A stretch of 30,321 bases of DNA from a virus (taxonomy: Duplodnaviria > Caudoviricetes), in IMG/VR virus record IMGVR_UViG_3300009151_000255, positions 1-30,321 of that record; one strand, given 5' to 3'. The notes under the pieces were generated by a model. The model saw nothing but the letters and a program-made list of their open reading frames with translations, did not search any database and was not told the origin of the DNA. Of the stretch, positions 1-6,970 are shown in pieces (position 1 is the first letter of the stretch; every line of letters begins with the position of its first letter). A program made the translations under genes and the position numbers.

Positions 1-895
1 GGTCGCGCGGCGTCACCGCGTTCTCAAGATAGCGGGCGAGTCCTGCGCTGCCGTGCCCGGCCATCTGTTGCGCCTGTGCAATCCGCATAATCTGATCGGA
101 TAGCGCGTTTTCGGCGGCGGCGCGCGCGGCGTCGTCGGCGGGCCGGCCGTCTTTGCCAGGGAAGGGCTGAACGTCACCGCTACGGTCGCCGGCTTTGCCC
201 GGTGCGGGCTTTCCGTCGCCCTCGCCCTCGCCTTCGCCTTCGCCTTCGCCCTCGCCTTCGCCTTCGCCTTCGCCTTCGCCTTCGCCTTCGCCGTCTGCGG
301 CTGGTGCGTCGGTATCATCCTGCCCGCCTTCGTCGTCCTGGGGGTCGTCTGCGCCTTCCTGCGGCGCGTCTGCGCTGCCGTCCTGATTTGCTTCGTCGGG
401 CCGGTCGTCGCCTTGCCGCGGTTCGTCCGGTTCGGGCTGCGGCGGCGGGGGCGGCGGCGTCTGTGCGGATTTCAAAATCGTGTAGATCGCCTCCCATGCC
501 ATGCCGTCATACTTTTTATCGAATAACCAAGTGTCGGGGATTTTTCGACCGCAAGCGGCTACCTGCAAATTATCAGCGTAGTCCATTGCTTCATTAGCAA
601 GTCGTTGGTTGTGCCGTTTCGGATCAAAGCGCAACGGGTGCAGGTTGGAAACGTGGATGTATTCGTGCAGGAGCGTGGTTTCGAGTTCTTCATCGGATAC
701 GCTGGCGACATAGGCGGGGTTGTACATCACGGCGGCGCCGTTCGTCGCCATCGTCGGGAGCGCGTCGGTTGCGGTGTGCGTCAACGCGTAACCTATCTCC
801 GCGAACAGTCCGCAATTTTTATCCTGCATCAAGCGCAAGCGCGCGGCTGATACGCGGAAAGCCGGGTCTTGCAAAATGTTGGTGTTGGTCGTCAT
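1..895 (-). CDS. DUF2201-like putative zinc metallopeptidase (family usually carries a C-terminal VWA-like domain); 3' end truncated by the window edge
   Basis: Not in the ORF track. Translated by hand from ATG 895-893 (GGAG RBS upstream): MTTNTNILQDPAFRVSAARLRLMQDKNCGLFAEIGYALTHTATDALPTMATNGAAVMYNPAYVASVSDEELETTLLHEYIHVSNLHPLR...ANEAMDYADN..., then an acidic Pro/Gly linker, open to position 2. The TMATNG..YNP..HEXXH..H pattern is typical of DUF2201 N-terminal domains; the gene lies downstream of a MoxR-like ATPase. Confidence 0.85.
   Translation of the reverse strand, partial: MTTNTNILQDPAFRVSAARLRLMQDKNCGLFAEIGYALTHTATDALPTMATNGAAVMYNPAYVASVSDEELETTLLHEYIHVSNLHPLRFDPKRHNQRLANEAMDYADNLQVAACGRKIPDTWLFDKKYDGMAWEAIYTILKSAQTPPPPPPQPEPDEPRQGDDRPDEANQDGSADAPQEGADDPQDDEGGQDDTDAPAADGEGEGEGEGEGEGEGEGEGEGEGEGDGKPAPGKAGDRSGDVQPFPGKDGRPADDAARAAAENALSDQIMRIAQAQQMAGHGSAGLARYLENAVTPRD
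215..292 (-). repeat. Hexanucleotide tandem repeat (YTCGCC)12 plus one GTCGCC unit, encoding (GE)12-GD
   Basis: Directly visible; in frame within the HEXXH protein linker on the minus strand. Confidence 0.95.
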
Positions 896-909
896 GTCGG
901 CGGCTCCGG

Positions 910-1896
910 TTAGGCGGCGCGAACGGGCGCGGTAAACAGGTCAAAAACCTGTGCGGGTGCGGCTGGCGTTGGCGTGGCGGGCGCTGCCGGCGTTGCAACG
1001 GGCGCGGCGGGGGCAAGTCCTAAGTGTTGCGCCATTGTCGCGCATATCGCTTGCGCGCTGGCGGTCGCGCGGTTGCGGGCCGTCGGGTCGTCGCGCAATG
1101 TCTGCGGGTGTATGCCGGCGAGTTCGGCCTGAGCGCGCGCGGCGATTGCGTTTAATGTCGCGTCGTTGGTGATATTCAGGCCGGGCAGGATTGCGAGAAT
1201 TTCGCGCACGTTGCCGATAATGCTGTCGTTGAATTTTTTAACTTCGCCGGCTTCGTACCGTGGCAGGGTTTCGGCAATGTGGCGTATTGGATCAATCAGG
1301 CGGTTGTACAGGTCGCGCATCGCAAGCGCGAAGCGGTCGTTTGCGCGCGTTTCAATGTCTTTCCGTATCATGTCCGCGTCGTCGTCGGTCATTGATACGC
1401 GAAAATCCTGCGCCGTCGGCAGCGGGTCAATCGAAAAATCGAAATAGAATTTCGCGCGTACTTTATGCGGCGGCGGAAAGTCTTTTTCGTCGTAAAGACT
1501 GCCCAAGCTAAAGCGGGCGCGCTCGTAGACCGTCGCATAAAAATCCATGAACGAATCCACAAGCGGCGCGAAGTTAAGCGCGGCGTCCTGCATGATGCGA
1601 TTGACCTTCTGCCAGTGGTCAATGGTCAAAATGCGGTCGCCGTTATCATTCCACGGAAGCGTAAAAAGTTTCAATTCGTCGCGGGTGCGGGTTTCGTGTT
1701 TCTTGATTGCCACAAGTAGCTCGTCCTGCCCGGCTAACAGGTACTTATTGACGCGCGCGGCGTCGGATACTGCGCCCGCGTCCGTCGTCGTCTTGTTCGT
1801 TGCTACGCGGTCAAGTTTGCGCGCGCTCCATGTGCCGATTGATACGCGGGCAATCATCATGCGGCTGGCGGCGTTTCCGGTCGTGTTGGTGTTCAT
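910..1896 (-). CDS. DUF3150-like phage/ICE protein
   Basis: 328-aa ORF with AGGAG RBS. N-terminal VSIGTWSARKLD and TLPW..G.RIL motifs and the C-terminal LPGLNITND resemble DUF3150-type proteins, which sit beside MoxR ATPase/VWA genes. Confidence 0.65.
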   Translation of the reverse strand: MNTNTTGNAASRMMIARVSIGTWSARKLDRVATNKTTTDAGAVSDAARVNKYLLAGQDELLVAIKKHETRTRDELKLFTLPWNDNGDRILTIDHWQKVNRIMQDAALNFAPLVDSFMDFYATVYERARFSLGSLYDEKDFPPPHKVRAKFYFDFSIDPLPTAQDFRVSMTDDDADMIRKDIETRANDRFALAMRDLYNRLIDPIRHIAETLPRYEAGEVKKFNDSIIGNVREILAILPGLNITNDATLNAIAARAQAELAGIHPQTLRDDPTARNRATASAQAICATMAQHLGLAPAAPVATPAAPATPTPAAPAQVFDLFTAPVRAA

Positions 1897-1923
1897 GTTT
1901 TTCGCTCCTGATCGTTGGGGGAA

Positions 1924-2979
1924 TTATTTGCAGAATTGCGCCAAAGCTGCATAGCGCGCGTTTGTGGCAAATGATTTGATAAATGCCGGTGTGCGTCCAA
2001 TTTGCGGCGTGTGGCGGGTTGCTGCGTTCATTGCAAAAACGCATAATTCATCCGGCAAGCGGCAAAGAAAAGGTATTGCCCAAGCCGAAAATCCGGCGGG
2101 GTTGGCGGTTGCCTCGGCCTTATTCGCGGCGATTGTCGCGGCCAAAAACCATTGCGCTGCTGCGTCGTCGGGAACAGGGCAAGCGTCGGGCGCCGTCCGC
2201 ATTTCGTTGATCGTCGGCGCCAGTTCATTCCACAAGCGGCAGAAAGCAGCGAATTTTTGACCGATACCGTACCCCAAGCTACCGCACATGGTCGGGGTCA
2301 ACAGGTCGGACGGAATAGCGCCAGCATGAAGGGTCTTACTGACATCTTCCCATGAACGGGGGCAAGCGTACGTTTCCTCGGGGCTTTTCGGGTCAAAGCT
2401 GCTCCATTCCTTTCCGCCGGTCATGGTGTGGTATGCCGTGACAAAGGGGTGCCAGCCGGCACTCTGCGCGTATGCCAGCGTTTCATCCGGGCAAAGTATC
2501 AAATTAAAGTGCCGGAAGCGTGATTTCAGCGGGGCGGGCATTTCGTTATTCACGCCTCGCGCGCTGGCGGGGTTGCCGGTGGCGAATACGCGATTGTCCT
2601 TCGGCAGTCCGTTACGCTCTAAGATCGTTCCATAAAGCGCGCCCTGCATCATGCGCGCGGCGCCGTTCAATTCTTCAAAAACGATACCCCAAGCGTCGGG
2701 CGAGTCGGGCGGCGGGAGTCCGGGCGCGCCGGTCATGGGGCACGGTTCGCCGGGGCGCATAAGTTGCGGGATCGCATAGCCTTGAAGGTCGGGCAAGTCG
2801 AGAATCATCGCGCGGAAGTCGCAGTATTTGCGGTTTTCCCGTTCGATTACTTGGCGCAAGATTTGCGTTTTTCCGATACCGGGCGCGCCCCAGTAGTAGC
2901 GGGGCACGTTGTCGCGCAAGGCAAGGGCAACGTCTGCGGCCATCTGTCGCGGTGTAACGTCGATGGGTTTCGGGTTCAT
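1924..2979 (-). CDS. MoxR/CbbQ-like (AAA_5-type) AAA+ ATPase
   Basis: Walker A GAPGIGKT, Walker B region IVFEELN, sensor-1 ATGN, arginine finger LKSRF, PRSWE motif; AGGAG RBS. Confidence 0.9.
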   Translation of the reverse strand: MNPKPIDVTPRQMAADVALALRDNVPRYYWGAPGIGKTQILRQVIERENRKYCDFRAMILDLPDLQGYAIPQLMRPGEPCPMTGAPGLPPPDSPDAWGIVFEELNGAARMMQGALYGTILERNGLPKDNRVFATGNPASARGVNNEMPAPLKSRFRHFNLILCPDETLAYAQSAGWHPFVTAYHTMTGGKEWSSFDPKSPEETYACPRSWEDVSKTLHAGAIPSDLLTPTMCGSLGYGIGQKFAAFCRLWNELAPTINEMRTAPDACPVPDDAAAQWFLAATIAANKAEATANPAGFSAWAIPFLCRLPDELCVFAMNAATRHTPQIGRTPAFIKSFATNARYAALAQFCK

Positions 2980-3153
2980 TTAAAAGTCTCCTGCGTGGGT
3001 TGCGGTCCAAAAGTAGCCAATGGTGGCGGCGATCTCAGCGAGCAAGAAAATCAAGCGCTCGGTGTTTGTCGTGGCGATGAGTTCGCAGGCGAGAAAAATA
3101 ATCGAGGCGATCATCCCGGCGATTGTCAGTGCGATAAAAAAAGCCTTTTTCAT
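2980..3153 (-). CDS. Small two-TM membrane protein (57 aa)
   Basis: AAAGGAG RBS before ATG at 3153, preferred over the GTG at 3162 that overlaps the RBS; two hydrophobic stretches; stop codon abuts the ATPase ATG. Confidence 0.65.
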   Translation of the reverse strand: MKKAFFIALTIAGMIASIIFLACELIATTNTERLIFLLAEIAATIGYFWTATHAGDF

Positions 3154-3200
3154 GCGGTGCACTCCTTTAAAGTGTTGGTTGTGTTGTGTTGCTGTTTGGC

Positions 3201-3229
3201 ATTTTCTGAATGTGCGGTGTGGTTGTCAA
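3201..3229 (-). promoter_or_regulatory. Sigma70-like promoter for the leftward operon
   Basis: TTGACA (3229-3224), 17 bp spacer, GAAAAT (3206-3201); A-tracts upstream (UP-element-like) and an unstructured A/C-rich leader downstream. Confidence 0.6.
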
Positions 3230-3314
3230 GTGTTTTTCGATTATTTTTTAATGTATCGGTGTTTCATTGTGATTCGGCGCGGTTCTTGAGCGATTGTGCG
3301 GTTGCAACAAAAGC

Positions 3315-3481
3315 TGTGCATAGATCGTGTATAAACCTGTGAATTGTTTATGTATAACTTTTTTTATTGAATAGTAAGCGGCCACTAACTCATAGGCCTG
3401 CGGTTGCATTAGAGGCGATTTGGCGGGGTCTAGAATTGGGTGGTGCTGAGGTATTCCGGCGGGGTTTTTTTCTGTGGATAA
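3315..3481. promoter_or_regulatory. DnaA-box-like array
   Basis: TGTGCATAG (3315), CGTGTATAA (3326), TGTGAATTG (3338) and TATGTATAA (3349) in the same orientation at 11/12/11 bp spacing, plus a perfect TGTGGATAA (=TTATCCACA) at 3473. Confidence 0.55.
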
Positions 3482-3695
3482 CTTTGGGCCATCCTGGTTG
3501 TTTCGCGTGGCGCTTGCGTTGCGTTGGCGTTCGGGGGTAGGATTCGATCAGAGGGGTTCATCGACCTTCGCCGCGGTTGGGCTAGACCAAGGCGGGCAAA
3601 ATCCGATGTCTACCGTTCGAAGCGGTGCCGGCGTAAAGCTGGAGGACACGTGCCGAAATACGATAGGGCGCGCAGGGATCAATACTAGATAGCCC

Positions 3696-3712
3696 ACCCG
3701 AAAGGGTTTTTT
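3696..3712 (+). terminator. Short intrinsic-terminator-like hairpin
   Basis: ACCC-GAAA-GGGT followed by TTTTT; the stem is only 4 bp. Confidence 0.4.
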
Positions 3713-3830
3713 CCGCTTTGCTGCCGGATGTGGTTCTATTGCGTTTTTTTTGGTCAGGTGCTAAATTCGCGGGCAAGGGCGGTATTTGGTCGATCCCCTC
3801 TAATCACTTTTTACCGTCCCGCTTCACCTG

Positions 3831-3866
3831 CGCCCATGAGCTAGCCCTCGTGGGCGTTTCCTTTTG
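3831..3866 (+). terminator. Intrinsic terminator
   Basis: CGCCCATGAG-CTAGCC-CTCGTGGGCG, a 10-bp stem with one U-G pair that only forms on the plus strand, followed by TTTCCTTTTG. Confidence 0.6.
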
Positions 3867-4051
3867 TGGGGTCGCCACTGGCGGTGGCTGCGCTCGGTCG
3901 GAGATCAGTTTGCTCGGCGGCTGAGGTCAAAAGCTGACATAGATATGTCTTAAAAGCGGGGGCAATAGGTCGCGGCGGCGGCAAGCGTCGTAGGCTAACC
4001 TTACGCCAAACTTACAGCGGTGTTCGTTAGTATGCGGCGGTGGTGGTTACG

Positions 4052-4062
4052 TTATGTCAAAT
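4052..4062 (+). other. XerD-binding-like arm of a dif site
   Basis: TTATGTCAAAT is one mismatch from the E. coli XerD arm TTATGTTAAAT. The XerC-side arm is not recognisable. Confidence 0.4.
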
Positions 4063-4573
4063 TGATGGGGGGTTCGAGGTGTGGGCTAGGCCACCAGCCA
4101 CCCGCCTTGCCGCTTTCGGTTTCGGGGTTGATCTTCTTCTAAAGACAGTCCCACCGGCCTTGTCTGCGATGCGCTAAACGGGTTTAACAGTGTCGCAGCG
4201 TTAAACCGTCGGGGTTTGTTTCGGAAAGTATCGGATGGGTTTGGGTTCGGACTGACGGTTGCTTACCGTAGAGTCTCTGCCTTGCCGGGCTCGCTGGATG
4301 CGTTTGCGTTTGGTCTGGTCTGGCTTCCTCTTGGGCTTGCCTTGTCAGGCGGTGCCACAGGCTGACCCTAGTATCTGGACATTGGATGTGCTTGTGCGCG
4401 TGACCCCACCAGCACTCCCCCCAAAAAAAAATTCAGTTTTCACCCGACTCAAATCGTAGGGCTCGGTTTTGAATGGGAATTTATATATAAAGCCTTTGAC
4501 TTTGAAGCGCGGTCATAACTAATAACGTACCGTGTATGTTGCGTTTTCCTGAATTCTAAGATTAAATGCGCGT

Positions 4574-4855
4574 ATGGAAAGCAAGATTTGGTGCGACACC
4601 AGCTTAAAGCCGCTGCACTACCGGATAATGTGGTGGATGATCGACATGGGTGCGATGCGCGGGGCATTGATGCGAGGCTGGATGGGTATTGCTGCCGACG
4701 ATTTGGGTGTGCACCGCATTTCGTTGAACCGAGCAATGAAGCTGCTGGAAGCGCAGGGCTTTGTTCGACAGTTAAAAAAAGGCACCCATTTATTGCTGAC
4801 CGAGGCGTTTGATTCGGAAGCCGATCCAAGCCGGGTTAAGGTGCGTCGTCCGTGA
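4574..4855 (+). CDS. Winged helix-turn-helix DNA-binding protein
   Basis: 93 aa; IAADDLGVHRISLNRAMKLLEAQGFVRQ is a classic wHTH signature. No clear RBS, so possibly leaderless. Confidence 0.75.
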   Translation: MESKIWCDTSLKPLHYRIMWWMIDMGAMRGALMRGWMGIAADDLGVHRISLNRAMKLLEAQGFVRQLKKGTHLLLTEAFDSEADPSRVKVRRP

Positions 4856-5031
4856 TGCCGCTGCTGAATCGAGAGTGCTCGCTGCAAGGCTGCTCTCGAA
4901 AACACCACGCTAAAGGATATTGCTTCCACCACTATTGGGCGCACTATATTCGGGGCAATGCTTTGAGTGCTAACGCTAAAAAAGGAAGGCCGTCACATGC
5001 CGATGCCGAAGCCAGGTCACAGCGAGATTGA
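4855..5031 (+). CDS. Zinc-finger microprotein (58 aa)
   Basis: Below the ORF-track cutoff. TGATG coupling to the HTH gene; MPLLNRECSLQGCSRKHHAKGYCFHHYWAHY... carries the C-x4-C-x3-H-x3-G-x-C-x2-H-Y knuckle seen in many phage proteins. Confidence 0.65.
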   Translation: MPLLNRECSLQGCSRKHHAKGYCFHHYWAHYIRGNALSANAKKGRPSHADAEARSQRD

Positions 5032-5194
5032 TTCTTACCGCGCCTATTATTCAGGGCTGACGACGGACGAATCCAAATTGAAGTTCTTGCAAATGTTGAA
5101 AGAGCGTCGGGATTGGCACCGCGACGATATTGCCGGCCGACTGCTGCCGGAATTGGCCGAGCTATGGGTCGTATCCAAATGTCAGTCGAGGTAA
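4997..5194 (+). CDS. Hypothetical protein upstream of terminase (TerS candidate by position only)
   Basis: AAGGAAGG RBS before ATG 4997; ends 4 nt before the TerL start. Confidence 0.55.
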   Translation: MPMPKPGHSEIDSYRAYYSGLTTDESKLKFLQMLKERRDWHRDDIAGRLLPELAELWVVSKCQSR

Positions 5195-5198
5195 CGGT

Positions 5199-6968
5199 GT
5201 GAGCGACTTCAATCTGCAAAACTTTTGGAAGTTCTGTTCGGCGTTGCAGGTCGATACCAAAGAGTTGGGCCTGACGACGTTAAACCCCAAGACGTTGATG
5301 GGAACGCAGAAGTATTTTATCGAAGAGGTGGCGAAGGGTCTGGAGGAAGGCATCCATACTTTTGTTGTCTTGAAGGGCCGGCAGTTGGGGATTACAACAA
5401 TCTCTTTGGCGCTCGATCTGTATTGGATGTTTAAACACAGCGGCATGTCCGGTTCGATGGTGACGCACGACGAAGAAACCCGGGATATGTTCCGATCAAC
5501 CCTTGCGATGTATATGGACGGGCTGCCAAATGAATTTAAGCGACCACTTGTCACACATAACCGGAGTCAGCTTACCCTCAAAAATAGGTCGAGATTTGCG
5601 TATCAAGTTGCAGGTACACGAAAAAACACCAAGTTGGGCAAAGGCAAGGCTCTCACATTCCTGCATGCTACAGAGTGCTCTGAATACGGAGATGAGGAAG
5701 GACTCGCTTCACTAGAGGCGTCGCTTGCCGAGCAAAATCCAAACCGGCTCTTTGTGTGGGAAACCACGGCGCAGGGGTATAACGCCTTCTTCGATATGTG
5801 GGAGGATGCTAAAGCCAGCCGCGTCAAGAAAGCGATCTTTATCGGCTGGTGGCGCAATCAGTTCTACCGCAAGAAAAAAGGCAGCATCGAGTACCAAGTG
5901 TATTGGGATGGCCGGCTGCAACCCGAAGAAAAGAAATGGGTGCGCGAGGTCAAGCAGCTCTACGACTTCGACGTGGATGACGAGCAGATCGCCTGGTGGC
6001 GTTGGGCGATGGCCGAGAAGTCGCGGGACGAAACCCTACACATGCAGAATTACCCGCCGACCGAGGACTATGCTTTCGTCTTGTCGGGCAGCCAGTTCTT
6101 CAACGCGGCGCGGATTAACGACGAATACAAGCGAGCGTCGAAGTTCGATTTCCACAATTACCGTTTTGTCTTGCGAGAGGCTTTCGAGGATACGGACATT
6201 TTGGAGTGCGGCGAAAAGAATGGAAACCTCAAAATATGGGAATTCCCCAAGTCACAAGGCCACTACGTCATCGGTGCCGATCCAGCCTACGGCTCCTCCG
6301 ATTGGGCCGATAGGTTCTGCGTGTCGGTATGGCGATGTTACGCCGACGGCATGGAGCAAGTGGCCGAGTTTTGTACGCCAGACTGCTCCACGTTCCAGTT
6401 TGCTTGGGTGATGATCTATCTGGCGGCCAGCTACTTGAATGGCGGCGGGTCTGTCATGCTTAACTTGGAAATTAACGGCCCGGGTCAAGCCGTTTGGCAA
6501 GAAATCCAAAACTTGAAACGCACCGCCGTCAATCAGCCCGGAGAGGGCGGGGCTCGACTGTATTCGGTAATCGCGAACATTCAGAATTACCTGTACAAGC
6601 GATTGGACAGTATGGGTGCGCCGTCGGCCTATCATTGGAAAACGACCGGCGACACCAAAGAGCGCATGTTCAACTTAATCAAAGATTGCTTTGAGCGCGG
6701 AATTTCGTTGGTTAAGTCACGCGAGATGATTGACGAAATGAAGAACGTCATTCGGGATGACGGGATGCTCGGCGCGCCGGGTAGAGGCAAGGACGATAGG
6801 GTTGTGGCTGCCGCATTGGCCCATGTGGCGTGGGCAGACTTTGTCCGTATGCGAATGGTTCAGCAGGGCATGACGCGCCAGCAGGGGCATGCGCGTGACG
6901 CGCAGGGCGAGAACAAGGACGCGAACAGTGTGGCCGGATTCCTCAAGAGTCTTGGGATTGCGGCGTAA
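5199..6968 (+). CDS. terL: Terminase large subunit
   Basis: Walker A LKGRQLGITT, Walker B FLHATE, coupling motif ETTAQG, nuclease motifs VIGADPAYG and DDRVVAA. Likely start is GTG 5199 with a GAGGT RBS, not 5130. Confidence 0.93.
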   Translation: MSDFNLQNFWKFCSALQVDTKELGLTTLNPKTLMGTQKYFIEEVAKGLEEGIHTFVVLKGRQLGITTISLALDLYWMFKHSGMSGSMVTHDEETRDMFRSTLAMYMDGLPNEFKRPLVTHNRSQLTLKNRSRFAYQVAGTRKNTKLGKGKALTFLHATECSEYGDEEGLASLEASLAEQNPNRLFVWETTAQGYNAFFDMWEDAKASRVKKAIFIGWWRNQFYRKKKGSIEYQVYWDGRLQPEEKKWVREVKQLYDFDVDDEQIAWWRWAMAEKSRDETLHMQNYPPTEDYAFVLSGSQFFNAARINDEYKRASKFDFHNYRFVLREAFEDTDILECGEKNGNLKIWEFPKSQGHYVIGADPAYGSSDWADRFCVSVWRCYADGMEQVAEFCTPDCSTFQFAWVMIYLAASYLNGGGSVMLNLEINGPGQAVWQEIQNLKRTAVNQPGEGGARLYSVIANIQNYLYKRLDSMGAPSAYHWKTTGDTKERMFNLIKDCFERGISLVKSREMIDEMKNVIRDDGMLGAPGRGKDDRVVAAALAHVAWADFVRMRMVQQGMTRQQGHARDAQGENKDANSVAGFLKSLGIAA

Positions 6969-6970
6969 CG

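Noticed and set aside
215-292. CRISPR array or telomere-like repeat
   Set aside because: Unspaced 6-bp units lying in frame within a coding linker.
13-597. Track ORFs with (KA)n, (PS)n and (RL)n repeats
   Set aside because: Alternative frames of the hexamer repeat. The real gene is the minus-strand HEXXH ORF reading (GE)n.
3533-3560. tmRNA or tRNA-like start GGGGGTAGGATTCGA
   Set aside because: Spacing is too short, and I found no T-arm/CCA acceptor end or tag reading frame.
4141-4170. Twister or hammerhead ribozyme-like words (GTCCCA, CTGANG)
   Set aside because: The remaining conserved core nucleotides and helices are absent.
3474-4459. Short ORFs 3474-3692, 3582-3776, 3718-3924 and 4259-4459
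   Set aside because: No RBS, atypical composition and overlap with hairpins and terminators; probably non-coding.
5130-5198. N-terminal extension of TerL from the track start at 5130
   Set aside because: It overlaps the upstream ORF and lacks an RBS; GTG 5199 has GAGGT at proper spacing.
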